Source: Malacoraja senta
Taxonomy: Eukaryota
DNA length: 64,000 nt
NCBI GenBank assembly: GCA_038087875.1
Contig: CM075982.1
Coordinates: forward strand, 19,096,001 to 19,160,000
Direction: 5' to 3'
Of the stretch, positions 1-13,248 are shown piece after piece. The number at the start of each line of letters is the position of its first letter. The first letter of the stretch is position 1. Position numbers and translations under genes: made by a program. The notes beneath the pieces are model-generated. The model did no database searches. It saw nothing but the letters and a program-made list of their open reading frames with translations, and was not told the origin of the DNA.

Positions 1-225
1 AGAACGTTAGGTTTGTAAATGGGAGGATGAGCTTGGCTTAAAGACATTGAGCCTCTGAGAATAATTCAAGATTAGTAAGAATGACTCTTAAAAAGGGAAG
101 GCAATGAGGAGTAACAGTCATTACTTTGCAATGCTTCAGGCTGATGGCAAGTGAACATTCAGTTGGAGGTAGACAAAAATGCTGGAGAAACTCAGCAGGT
201 GAGGCAGCATCTATGGAGCGAAGGA

Positions 226-265
226 ATAGGTGACGTTTCGGGTTGAGACCCTTCTTCAGACTGAT
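226..265 (-). ncRNA. Minimal type I hammerhead ribozyme-like motif in a Penelope-derived repeat (element ~170-265)
   Basis: Minus strand reads CUGAAGA-A-GGGU(CUCA)ACCC-GAAAC-GUC; catalytic core complete, stem I weak; activity unproven. Confidence 0.55.
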
Positions 266-699
266 GTTGGATAATTGTTTTTGAGTTTGCCCTTGTTTCA
301 ATGTCTGGCTGTAACTGAAAACAAACTTTCGGCTTCAAATTCCATTGATGAGAACAAAAGTGTCTGTCCATTTTAAGCTAAGTAACTTCCTGGAAATCAT
401 TATCAGATGCGGTATTGCTATCTTATAAAGGTTAATGCAATTGTGGTTTAAATGACCGTGCGAGTAGTTTGCAACTAGTTTATTGGAGATGGTTATTGCA
501 TTGTACTTCCATGGTGTGAATATTCCTGCGGTTCTATTTAAAGCCCACACCTGAATGTTGTCTGTTTTTTGCTTTGTGCTGGCAAATACTACGTTAGACA
601 ATGAGGCATTGTGCATGGAATGTACTTTGCACAAAATTCAGCAAACATCCTCATGCCTAAATTGAGGTTTAAAGTTGTGAGCAATAATCCTGGCAATAC

Positions 700-1005
700 G
701 GTATTGGATGGCGTAGAGAGTCAGAACCTTATTTCCCAGTGAGGATATGTCAAAGACTAGAGGACACAGCTTTAAGGTGAGAGGGGCAAAGTTTAAAGAA
801 AATGTGCAGGGCATATTTTTTTACACAGTGTGATGAGTGCCTGGAACGCATTGCTAAAGGTGGTGTTTAAGAGGCTTTTAGATAGACCCATGCCAGTGTA
901 TAGGCATAGATCATGCGATAAGATTAGTTTATCTTGGCATCATGTTCGGCACAAACATTGTGGGCCGACAGGCTTGTTTCTGTGTGATATTGTTTCATGT
1001 TCTAT
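700..1005 (+). mobile_element. Degenerate CR1 3' end
   Basis: actagaggacacagctttaaggtgagagggg (TRGH), tttttacacag, gcctggaacgc; tail tgttctatg. Confidence 0.8.
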
Positions 1006-1280
1006 GAACGCAGAGCCCATGTAAGTGGCACCATTTATATGGCCCTGTCATGCAAAGGGGTTTTGGGATAATCGTCCAGTCTAAGTCAGTTTTGCTTGTA
1101 ACAAAGTATTTGAAGTGCAATAAAACCTCGGTGTTCAGCATGAGCAGTGTGCAGAGGACGGTGTGAGTGTGTGAATATGAAGGCAAGCTTATTTTGATTG
1201 TCTCTTTAAATAATAATATTTTCAAGGCTTCAACATTAGTAAAAAACAGTTCTAAATAAGTCAGTGACTTATTTCGAGTG

Positions 1281-1582
1281 TTTCGTTTAGTTTAGAAATA
1301 CAGCATGGAAACAGGCTCTTCGGCCTACCGAGTCCAAACTGACCATCGATCACCCGTTCACACTAGTTCTATATTATCCCACTTCCTTATCCACTCCCTA
1401 TGCATTGGGGGCAATTTAAAATGGCCAATGAAACCTACACAGGATGGAGGAAACCGGAGCAACTGGAGGAAAGCCATGGGATCAGAGGGAGAACATGCAA
1501 ACTCCACACAGACAGCACCTGAGGTCAGGAACGAACGGGTCTCTGGTGCTGTGAGGCAGCAACTCCACCTGTGCACTACTGA
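1281..1582 (-). mobile_element. tRNA-derived SINE (HE1/V-SINE type)
   Basis: tRNA-like head with B box (CGTTCGTTCC), core tgtgtggagtttgcatgttctcc, CR1-like tail tgtttccatgctgtatttctaaactaaac. Confidence 0.88.
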
Positions 1583-1822
1583 TTAATTTTGAGAGTTGCT
1601 TCTTGATGCAGCTCTGAATTACAGATATCATTTGGATGAGTTTGATGGTAGAAAAACTGTGCAAGCGAACATGAAAATCTCATTTAAAAATGAAGACATT
1701 ATATTACCAGCTGCCACTAAGACACCTGGGAACATGCACTAGATTGCTTCACACCATGCTGGGGATTAGCAAAGCTGATATGGATGCGCAGATCTGAGGC
1801 TGATCAATCATTGTGGTCTTAG

Positions 1823-2145
1823 ATTGTATGCAACGCAGCAGAATAGGGTCGTCTGGGACAAATCGTGGCGACGACAATGGTCAGACCAAGGAAAGGGCAG
1901 GTCGTGTGTCTGGGGCCTGAATGTCTCTATGTTCAGGAAGTACCTTGAGAGATGGTGATAGCATTAAAGAGGATGTAAAGGTGTTTTAAAAAAAAGACAA
2001 AGACAAATAAAGCAGAACCTTGTCAATTGATCATTGATAATATGCATGATTTGACCACACATAACACTTTGCAGATGATGAGCTTAGATCATCAATTGCA
2101 AAAGATAATCAGATAAGTTCTCAACATTCTGACTAACACAATAAA
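1823..2145 (+). other. Possible terminal exons of an unidentified plus-strand gene (1823-1900 and 2075-2136, AATAAA at 2140)
   Basis: AG/GT boundaries, both segments open in phase 1, stop followed by AATAAA; no recognised homology. Confidence 0.25.
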
Positions 2146-2921
2146 GCTTTATGCCATAATGGTTTAAAATTTTAAATGTGTTTTCAAACAAGGCTTATCA
2201 TTAGTCAAAGCAAAATAAGGTACAATACCACTGATTGGCTATGTTCACCATGTTACCCTCAGCTCAAGACAAGATATAAACAATCACTTCCAGTCAGTGA
2301 CAAATCACTTAATAAGCAGTAGAAAAATGTTGCTGCTGTTGAGTGAGGTACGTGTCGGCTACAGCTGGGCTATCATGCAAACCACAGAAAGGTTATTAAA
2401 ACAGAGTGAGACAGAACCCTTTCTGAATATCTAAACGTGATACTGTAGATCCTCACTGAAGTTGCAACGCAGTCACATGGATTCATCCAGTGATAACCTG
2501 ACCTACAGCAGATCATCCAAATTTTGTTCCTCTTCAACCACGAATATATGTGAAACTCCTCCAAAATCTCCACATTTTGGAATAGGTAACATTTAAATAA
2601 AGGCTAGAAATAGTGCCAATGCTGTACAAAGACGGCATGGAAATTATTTGGTAATTGCTCTGTCAATCAAGCTTGCTGAGCAAACTGCTGTACGTAGAAT
2701 ATAGTTCAGTACATCACAGGAACAGGCCCTTTGGCCCACAATGTCTGTGCCTAGCATGATGCAATCTTGCTGTAAGTGACCAAGATTGAATTCAAGCACC
2801 TATTTTGTTTTGTAACTTTCTTCCACTCATTGCAGTTCTCAATAGAAAATACCCCTGTTGGAACAAGTTGTTAAAGTTTTGTCAATCTTTAAAAAGTTAT
2901 GATAAAATTTATTTGTATATA

Positions 2922-4028
2922 CAGTGCCCTCCATAATGTTTGGGACAAAGACCCATCATTTATTTATTTGCCTCTGTACTCCATAACACTCTTCAGGAGT
3001 CAGGTGTGGATTTGTCAATGACCAGTGTCCGCAGAAGACTTTATGAACAGAATTACAGAGGCTACACTGCAAGATGCAAACCATTGGTTAGCCGCAAAAA
3101 TAGGATGGCAGGGTTACAGTTTGCCAAGAAGTCCTTAAAAGAGCAACCACAGTTCTGGAAAAAAGGTCTTGTGCACAGATGAGACGAAGATTAACTTATG
3201 TCAGAGTGATGGCAAGAGCAAAGTATGGAGAGAAGGAACTGCCCAAAATCCAAAGCATACCACCTCATCTGTGAAACATGGTGGTGGGGGTGTTATGACC
3301 TGGGCATGTATGGCTGCTGAAGGTACTGACTCACTTATCTTCATTGATGATACAACTGCTGATGGTAGTAGCATAATGAATTCTGAAATGTATAGACACA
3401 TCCTATCTGCTCAAGTTCAAACAAATGCCTCAAAACTCATTGGCCGGCAGTTCATTCTACAGCAAGACAATGATTACAAACATTGCTGAAGCAACAAAGG
3501 AGTTTTTCAAAGATAAAAAATGGTCAATTCTTGAGTGGCCAAGTCAATCACCCGATCTGAACCCAATTGAGCATGCCTTTTATATGCTGAAGAGAAAACT
3601 GAAGAGTACTAGCATGACTATACCCCAAAACAAGCATAAACTAAAGATGGCTGTAATACAGACCTGGCAGAGCATCACCAGAGAAGACATCCAGCAACTG
3701 GTGATGTCCATGAATCGCAGACTTCAAGCAGTCATTGCATGCAAAGGATATGCAACAAAATACTAAACATGACTACTTTCATTTACATGACATTTCTGTG
3801 TCGCAAACATTATGATGCCCTGAAATTGGGGGACTATGTATAAACACTGCTGTAATTTCTACATGGTGAAACCAAAATATATAAAAATGGCCTTTCTGGC
3901 ACATGGCACATCTGACAACGTGCACTTTAACCACATGTGATTTTTTTTCTGTTACAAATCTCAAATTGTGGAGTAGAGGCAAATAAATAAATGATGGGTC
4001 TTTGTCCCAAACATTATGGAGGGCACTG
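2922..4028 (+). mobile_element. Tc1/mariner DNA transposon (IR/DR type), internally deleted, frameshifted DD34E-type transposase pseudogene
   Basis: TIRs CAGTGCCCTCCATAATGTTTGGGACAAAGACCCATCATTTATTTATTTGCCTCT at both ends with TA TSD; ORF pieces carry TDETKI, KHGGGGVMTW, QQDND and WPSQSPDLNPIE. Confidence 0.95.
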
Positions 4029-5254
4029 TAGACTATGCTCTCGGTCATACAATTTCTCTTGCTGATTCAATGCTGAAATAGTGTTGTCAATGAATATTCA
4101 AAAGCAAAATACTGTAGACGTTGTAAATCTGAAATAATGGCAGAACATGCTGAAAATACTCAGCGGGTAAGATAGGATGTGAGAAGGGGGAAACATGGTT
4201 AATCTTTCAAGGCAGACCCGATGTGTTTAGGCTTGATAGGGCAATCGTCGCATCTCAGGAAAGCCTTTGAAAACTCTTTTGGAATACCTCCAATGCTACT
4301 ATATCCTTCTTGGGGTAAGGGGATTGAAACTGTGCATAATACGAAGCCTTCCATACAATATCAGCTTTATGCAGTATAACCAGTAGCTCCCCCTCAGTAG
4401 TACGAATGTCCATGGGGAAATAAGTGTGGCAGTGGAAGATACTTCCACAATGTTGTTGAGCATGGAGCTCAATGAAAGAATGAAATAACAGGTTGATTGA
4501 CATGAGTTGGTGGGAGAGAGAACTCGAACAGCACAGCACAGGAACAGGTCCTTCCGCCCACGTTGCCCGTGTCAAGTGACAAATGTACATAATCCGTTGT
4601 AGAAAATAAAACATCCTGATCTCTGCACACCTTTCTTTCACTCTCCCCACCCACCTGCCATCCAGTTCTTTTCCTGTGCTCCATTTCCTCCTTCAGCTCA
4701 TCACCCACCCTACACCCTCTGGGTCCACTATTCCATCCCCCACCTGTTCCCATCTACCTAATATCCCTCCCTCTAGTTCTATATTTGACTTCTCATCTTC
4801 TTTTCTTATCGCATCCTACATCTACAGCCCTTTGAATTATCCATTTACTACCTCCAGCCTTTGTGACTATGCATCTCCACCCTTGGTCGCCTACGCCTAT
4901 CTCACGTGCTGATCAATCCTTCCTTCCCTTGGATCTGCCTATTACCTGCGAGCTCTTGACCCACCTCTTCCCCTCACCTTTTTCTACCAGCTATCTTCCC
5001 CTCTTCCACAGACCTGAGAAGGATCCCAACACAAAATTTTGTCTGACCATTTCCCTCCACAGATTCTGCCTGACCTGCTGAGTTCCTCCAGCACCTTGGT
5101 TTTTTGAAAGCTGACTATGATTGGTGCCTAGCTTCTGTTAAAGTACACCACATTCGTTAGGACCCATGCTATGAAAAGAACTATGCCCATAGTGATAACC
5201 TTCTTAGCTTCACCATTCTCTGCTTCAAGTAGCCAGTCTGCAGTTCAAATAATG

Positions 5255-5950
5255 TCCCAAAAGAGCAAGACGAATCCAAATAGATAATTACTGCCTCATC
5301 AATTCATTCTCAATCATCAGCAAATTGATGGATATTGTAATGTGGCAATTATTCACCATTAATTTCCTCATAGATGCTCAGTTTGCTTTTTACCAAGATC
5401 ACTTTGTTCAAGACTACATCGCAACCTTGATCAAAACATGGACCAAAGAGGTGAATTTGATCAGGAAAGTGCGACTGAGCTTGGATTAAGGTAGCATTGA
5501 GACAGCAAGGAGCCCTGGTGAAACTGAAGTTGATGGGCAAGGGAAAAACACTCCGATAACTGGAGTCACACCTTGCAAAAAAGAAGATGGCTGTGGTATT
5601 TGGAGGTCAATCGTTCTGGCCAGGACATTGCTGCAAGAGTTCCTCAAACAGTATCTGAGGCCCAAACATCTTCAGTGTTTCATCGTAGATCTTCCTTCCA
5701 TTATGCTTGTAGATGAAAACACAATGTTGCCTGCAGCCCGATTTGGACAGCATTCACGACAGGACCGATTAGTTGAAAGTAACATTTGTGCCACAGGCAC
5801 TGACCATCCCCAATAAACATTACCAACAAGAATATCCCCACCATCACCATCATTTGGACCACAAGTAAGCACAAACTCTACCTCACGTGGCTACAAAAGG
5901 AAGTCAGAAACTAGGTAACCGGAAGTGAGTGACTCACCTCTTGACACCCC
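5255..5950 (+). mobile_element. Degenerate L2/CR1-clade LINE RT fragment (related minus-strand pieces at ~9690-10130, ~32200-32720, ~33340-33790, ~48810-49600)
   Basis: aattactgcctcatcaattcattctcaatcatcagcaaattgatgg (NYxPISLLSIISKxM), gagttcctcaa…ggccca (VPQ..LGP), gtagatga; heavily decayed. Confidence 0.65.
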
Positions 5951-6394
5951 AACTAAACATGCGAAAGGTCATATATTATGCCAATACCAAGGAACAATGA
6001 AAGCAGATTGCTTTGCCATGGTGCTGTCCTCTGGAGTGTTGTTGTGTGATCATCGTTGTGGCAAGTCTCACCCTTCTTCACTTTACTGATACTATCTGAT
6101 CTATTTCCAGCAATTTTTTAGATTTCTAAATCGGTGGTATTTTGCTTTTATGTTAATACAAAAGTGAAATTGCTTCATTTCGCACTCTGGAGCATAGGAA
6201 ATGAAAAGTTCTCTTATTTCCAACAGTTACAGTTATATTTTGTCACTCTCAATTTATACACACTCTTTTAGGATTCCTCATCTGGTTCAATCAATGATGC
6301 TGGCATAAGCAAGCGCTAGCCAAGAATACCAAAGTATGGCTGAAGTTGTGTGCTATGGCTTTCTCCCACATTATTGGCCCCTGCTTGGCCAAAT

Positions 6395-7020
6395 TAGAGC
6401 AGAATTAGATCATTCACTCTACCGAGTCCACCATTCAATCACGGCTGATCTAATTTTCTCTCTCAACCCATTCTCCTGCCATCACCCCATGACAACCTTG
6501 CTAATCAAGAACCTATCAATCTCTGCTTTAAAAATAGCCAATGATTTGGCCTCCACTGCCATGAATTTCATAGAGTCACAACCCTCTAGCTAAAGAAATT
6601 CCTCCTCATACCCATTCTAAATGTATGTCCTTTAATTATGAGGCTGTGCTGTCTGGTCCTAACCTCTCCCTCTGCTAGAAGCATCCTCACCACATCCACT
6701 CTGTCTAGACCTTTCATTATTCGGCGGTTTCCGTGAGATCCTTCTAAATTCCAACGAGTACAGACCCAGAGCCATCAAACACTCCTCATACATCAACCCA
6801 ATCATCCCCAGGATCATTCTCGCAAACCTCCTCTGGACCCTCTCCAATGCCAGCACATCCTCCCTCAGACATGGGGCCCAAAACTACTCACAGTATTCCA
6901 AATGTGGTCTGACCAGCATCTTATAAAGGCTCAGCATTACATTCTGGCATTTCTAGTCTAGTCCTCTCAGAATGAATGTTAACATTGCATTTCTCTTCCT
7001 CACTACTGACTCAACCTACA
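6395..7020 (-). mobile_element. CR1 LINE 3' fragment
   Basis: LALERVQRRFARMILGM…LGLYSLEFRR. Confidence 0.88.
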
Positions 7021-7139
7021 GATTGATGAAAGACCCAAGGGTATAAAACTTTCCCTCTGGGAAATTCATAGGCACTATCTCACTTGACAATCACAGTTGG
7101 ATTTAATGGTAAATAGGAAACCCATTGGCAGACAGGGTT

Positions 7140-8123
7140 ATTGAAGATTTTTCTTTTATTTAATAGGTCATCACAAAAAATATCATTTTTTTCATATATT
7201 ATGAAGTAATATGTAAAATGTTGGGAACCCATTTATCAAATGTGAAGCTACCTATGAGACCATTTAGGATGGTTTTCCATGTTCTGTGAAACTCACAAAC
7301 TCCAGCACTCCAAAGATACTGTTCATTATGATATCTGTTGGATGTATGTTCTTCTGGGTTAATAGATAAATGGGATTCACTTACGGGACAACAAAAGGCC
7401 ACACAGTGTGCTAAAAAGCACACTTTTTAATTGTCATTTGCCTGCTGAACAGAACCCGAGCGGAGAGTACATGGGTACAATAAACAAATCTTGAAACCTT
7501 GAGTAGTCAAGAACTGTGTGTGAGTCTTCAAAAGGTACTGGCCCCTGAAAGAATGACACTGGATGTGCTCCTTGATGTCTTTACATGCATCTTGCTGTAT
7601 ATTTAACCATGCAGACTCCCGAGTGCCTTTCAAATCAAATCTCTCCGCAATATCCAAAATCCTCAAACATATAAAATGTGTATTTATAATATAAATGTGT
7701 TTACTATATACTTATGTAAATAATATATAAACGAAACATATGTGTAGGCACAGATTTATCTGAGACCATTACAAGCAGTTTGGACAAAGTTAGTTGATGA
7801 GAGCTGATGGTACAACATTGTTCTAATGAACCAGTGGTGTTTCTGGTCTTCAGAAACTCAAGACAGCAACGTTTGCACGTACCTTCAGAAAATCTATTTC
7901 AAGCTCCTTTTTTTCAGATGGAGCAACTGCCATTAACAGAAAGCAAATTGTTCAAAGCAGAAAGTTGGTACGAGGCAGGTGTTAAACTACAGATAAGCTG
8001 GAGGGTTTGTTTTTAAAACCAAAGTCAGTGATGTGTGGACAAGTGGAAGAGAAGACAAAAGGAAATCCATGGAATGTTAGGAATGGAAGCTGCTGTGCCT
8101 ACTTTCCACAAAGTCCAGCCTTG
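7140..8123 (-). other. EIF4H: Probable EIF4H 3' UTR with polyadenylation signal AATAAA (7155-7160, minus strand)
   Basis: Repeat-free ~1 kb after the stop codon; AATAAA on the minus strand shortly before a CR1 fragment begins; the actual cleavage site is not determinable. Confidence 0.55.
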
Positions 8124-8387
<264 letters not shown>

Positions 8388-10820
8388 TTATCTCACCAAT
8401 TTACCCTCATCAGAGAAGTTTTACTGTAAATGGAAACAATACGATCAACTGGACAAATGACGTTTCTGATCGGGACCCTTCCTCAGACTGATTGGAGTAC
8501 TGGGGAGGGAAATGGCAAAGAGAGAGAAGTGATGGCAGGAAATTCCTGGTAAATGAATGCAAATATACGTGAGAGGAGTGGGGAAGGTGGATTGATTGGC
8601 TGATGCTGAGGTGAATGACAAAGACTAGAGGTGAAAGGGAGACAAAAGGATGTCAGATCAGAAGAGAATAGGAGTTAAACGTAAAGCCAAAGGGAGGGTT
8701 ATGGGTAGAAAGGGACGGGGCGGGAGGAGGGGGGAGGTGGCGAAAGAGGGATAGACGGAGTTAAATGTAAAGCCAAAGGGAGGGTTATGGGCAGAAGGGG
8801 ATGGGGGGGTGAAAGAGGGGGAATTAAGGGGTTTGAGGGGGATTCTGGGATGGGAGATGAGCATATGAAGGAGAGGAAAGGAGCAGGGTATCTGGGATGG
8901 TGAGAGATGGGGAAAGAGAGTGGGTATGGAGGGGACTATGTCTTGCTCCAAATATATAGAGCCCTAGGGAGACAGCATCTAGAATGGTGTCCAGAGATCT
9001 AGCCCAGATAAAGGATGACACATTTGCAGTTGAGGGGATGTTCGCTTGGTTGATTCCTATGATGGCAGCTTTAGGTAGAGATTAAACAGATTGGGCCTTT
9101 ACTCCACTGAGTTCAGAAAACTTAGAAGCGAATTCATTGACATGCACAACATTCTTAAGTGGCTTGGCAGGATAGCTATGGAGCTGATGTTTTCCCTGCT
9201 AGGATGTCTAGAAATGCTGTTATCTAGAAATCTATTAATTCCAAGACAGGTGTGTTAAAACAGTGTGGTGCTTTCTGCTGGTGGTCATTTCACAAACCTC
9301 TTGCTCAAGAATTGAGTTTTAAATCGTTGCCTTTTATAGCAACGGGCAGAGTGCTCCAAAAAAAGCAAATGTGTGCATCTACTTGTACTTAAAATGATTT
9401 GAGCAACACAAATACTGCTGTAAATTGTAGAATTATTATAGAGCTAAGGCTGTGCAAAGGCGGCTGACAATTAGATTAGTACCATTGGAGTTGGATGATT
9501 AATCTCCAACTTTTTTCTTTGGTGCTACATATTACTTCAATCATTGGTGCATTTCCCCTCTGATCCCCCACTGACCAGTTTCATCAGGGTTCTTCTTATT
9601 GAGTCCACAGGCAAGATTAGAAGTTGTTCAGTCAGAGATGAACACACTTCTTGGCATCTGCATACAATGGTGTCTGTCTTGCACTTCTTGTGCTTCTTGT
9701 GCGTGGTGGTGGAAAGATTGGTGAAAACAGGGCCGCGACGTGAATGCTCTTTCCTTGACCCCGTTTCACCAGGGTGTTTTGATACCACACTTCGTCATGT
9801 ACTACCTTGATGTTAAGGGCTGTAATTCTCAACTCATCTCTGGAATTCAACTTTTAGAAATAGGTCGTGATGAGGACTCGATCTGAATACACGCATTGGG
9901 TATTGGGAAGCAAGCTGCTGGAGAGTGGCACTAATGGTGCTGTCCGCGACACATTCCATCACTTTGCTGAAGTTTAAGAATAGACTGATTGGGTATCAAT
10001 TAGGCAGATGAGATTTGTCCTGGTGTTTGTGACCTGGACAAATCTGGGCAATGTTCCAGAATGCTGAGATGCCTTTGTTGTGACGGTACAGATTGACCAG
10101 AGGTGCAGCTGACTCTTGATTGTCGATCTTCAACGCATTCTGCACCTTGTCTGGACCCAAACACTGCCCTTTCCAATGGTCTCAGCTGTTTCTTAAACAA
10201 GAATGGGTTCTGTGACATCAGGAATCTCAGAGGAAGCTCAGCATCGTTGACAATTCATCGCCTTGTCTTTAGCACTTATACATTAAGTTATCAAGAAGCA
10301 TGAAGATGTTCTTAGAGCCCCTGTCTCCTTCTGTTCAACAGCGCACCTCCATTCATGAGTAGATTTGGTGGTGCTGCAGAGCTGTGATCTGATCTGTTGG
10401 TTATGATATAGCTTAGCTCTTACATACGATTGAAACTGGGGATACTTTCAATAGAACAGAGATTAAAAGAAGGGTGAATTTTTTTTTTTTTAATATGATT
10501 TTTTTGATACTGACTTCTGATGACAGGCCAAATAAAGTTAATTAGGCTTTAACCTTTCTCCACCCAAGTAGGGAAGGGGCAGCCACCGGCAAAACTAAAA
10601 AGGGCGAGGCAAAGGAAATCTTGGTAGGGATTTGGAGATGATGGCTTTGTGGATGGAAATTAGATAATAATTTGGGAACAAAAACATTTATTTGTATTGG
10701 TTGGTTAAAAATCATTCTTCACAGGCATATTCAGAATATTTCTGAATACTGGGCAAATAGGAAACAAAATGTAAATATAAATCATGTATCAAATACAAGA
10801 AAACAAATATTAATTTGTAC

Positions 10821-10976
10821 CTTCTGTTGCCTCTCTGAACTCCATACCAGAACCACGAGGAAGCCCATCTCTGAAGCGACCTCCACCTCCTTGCCTATCC
10901 GCAGGGCGACCACCTCTGACTTTGGCTCCTCCAAATCCACCCACCGAGCGATCACTGTAGTCCTCCTCTCTGAAAC
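10821..10976 (-). CDS. EIF4H: EIF4H coding exon 5 (Gly/Arg-rich: GFREEDYSDRSVGGFGG...RFRDGLPRGSGMEFREATE)
   Basis: Homologous to eIF4H GFRDD...[21 protein letters not shown]; tag acceptor, G|GTAC donor; 156 nt, phase 1-1. Confidence 0.93.
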
Positions 10977-11130
10977 CTAGTTACAAAACAATACACCAAA
11001 TAAATCAAGGGTTTTCAAACAAGCCCTTAACAACAACATCTCAGCACAGTCACATATTCTGATATGCAGAATTGACATTACTGTCCATGAACCTTTGATT
11101 TAAAACCCTGGGACTCTGTTTAGCAGGAGC

Positions 11131-11879
11131 TTAGACAATAGACAATAGGTACAGAAGTAGGTCATTCGGCACTTCGAGCCATGGCTGATCATCCACAATC
11201 AGTACCCCGTTCCTGCCTTCTCCCCATATCCCCTGTCACCGCTATCTTTAAGAGCCCTATCTAGCTCTCTATTGAAAGTATCCAGAGAACTGGCCTCCAC
11301 CGCCCTCTGAGGCAGAGAATTCCACAGACTCACAACTCTCTGTGTGAAAAAGTGTTTCCTCATCTCTGTTCTAAATGGCTTACCCCTTATTCTTAAACTG
11401 TGGCCCCTGGTTCTGGACTCCCCCAACATCAGGAACATGTTTCCTGCCTCTAGCGTGTCCAAATCCTTAATAATCTTATATGTTTCAATAAGGTATCCTC
11501 TCATCCTTCTAAATTCCAGAGTGTACAAGCCCAGCCACTCCATTCTCTCAACATATGACAATCCTGCCATCCTGGGAATTAACCTATGCTGCACTCCCTC
11601 AATAGCAAGAATGTCCTTCCTCAAATTTGGAGACCAAAACTGCACACAATACTCCAGGTGTGGTCTCACTAGGGCCTTGTACATCTGCAGAAGGACCTCT
11701 TTGCTCCTATACTCAACTCCTCTTGTTATGAAGGCCAACATGCCATTCGCTTTCTTCACTGCCTGCTGTACCTGCATGCTTACTTTCATTGACTGATGAA
11801 CAAGGACCCCCAGATCCCGTTGTACTTCCCCTTTTCCCAACTTGACACCATTTAGATAATAATCTGCCTTCCTGTTTTT
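11131..11879 (-). mobile_element. CR1/HER1 LINE 3' fragment
   Basis: ORF QRDLGVLVHQ…LVRPHLEYCVQFWSP…RRMRG; (tattgtc)n tail. Confidence 0.95.
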
Positions 11880-12379
11880 GTTGGAGGTAATAGTGTTTTA
11901 GGGGTCAATTCAATTATTATGACTACTTGTCAATGTGATAATTTTCTCAAATATCCCAGGCTTGTGCATACCAATCAGCCAGGTGCTTTTTTACTGAACA
12001 AAAACTTCTCATTGCAAACAGATTTTATAGCCATGATGTTTTTTGTCCTCCTACATTGTTTCAATGAGGCAAAACATAAAGTCATGGAGTAGAACCTCGT
12101 ATTCCACCTCAGCCTCAACAAATTCAACAATTCCAGATAGTCCATAATTATAAATTCTATATCTCACATTTCCAGTATTCCTGTTTACAGGTAATTTTAG
12201 ATAATTATTCATTTTGTATTTATACTTCTTTCAGGCTGACATTTTGAAATTCACTAATGTTTTTATCACTCATTTAATACCATTCTCATTGCCAATCTTG
12301 CTATTTAATCTTACCTATTTTATACCCAAACACACTTGTTTTAATTTCAATTTCCCCCAGCTCTGATACCAGCGTGTGT

Positions 12380-12965
12380 GGGCTAGTGGGCATCTTGAGC
12401 CTGGTCAGGTCTGTCATTCAATAAAATGGTGACTGTTGTAATTGTTGCCACAACACAACTTTCCCACTCTCTTTCCTTCCCTTTGACTCCTTTGTTACTC
12501 AAATATCTGTCAATCGTTTCCTTCAATATATTCAATGACTGCCTCCACATCTTTCTGAGATGAAGAATTGCAATGTCATAATCCTCTTAAAGATTAAATT
12601 CTTCAATACCTCTGTCTTAAATGACTGATCCTACAAACTGAAAATGTGTCTCCTCACTCTAGATAACCCCAAATAGGAGGAGAATCCATCAGGTCAACCC
12701 CTCATGGAAACGTATCTTTCAAAAAGTCAAGTTTCATTCTCTTAGCTTCAGTGAGCATAAGCCCTGCTTGCTCAACCTTCATACATCCTCTCTTTCATCC
12801 CAAGAATCAAACCAGCGAATCTTCTTTGTATTTTCTTCAATGCAAGTACTTTCATCCTTAAAAATGGAGACCAGAACTGGACACAGTACTTGATGCACCA
12901 GGCAGTTGCATCAAAACTCTGCTTTTATACTCTATATCTCTTGAAATAAAGAACAATGTTCCATT
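12380..12965 (-). mobile_element. Old degenerate CR1 3' fragment
   Basis: ggagaccagaactggacacagtact (EYCVQFWSP on the minus strand) with decayed flanks. Confidence 0.7.
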
Positions 12966-13248
12966 ATTGATATTGGGTCTAATAATCGAGTTATTGATCA
13001 GTTTCTATCTCCACAAATACTCTATTTCGTGCTCTTGAACGGTTGATCAGTGCACATTCAGGAAAATCTGAAAGGATACAATCTGGGAGAGCTTATACAG
13101 CACTGCATTGCAGTACATTGCACTTTCGTAAATATTGAAACTCTCCTTGACTCAAGATTTGTTTGTGGGTTTATCTGGTGTACAATGCGCCATTGAAGAG
13201 ATTTAGTCGAGACACATAGACATGGTTATGGGTTTTCTTGAGGCATGG

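Noticed and set aside
1-7000. LAT2 orthologue expected downstream of EIF4H from human synteny
   Set aside because: No minus-strand exons with recognisable LAT2 features were found
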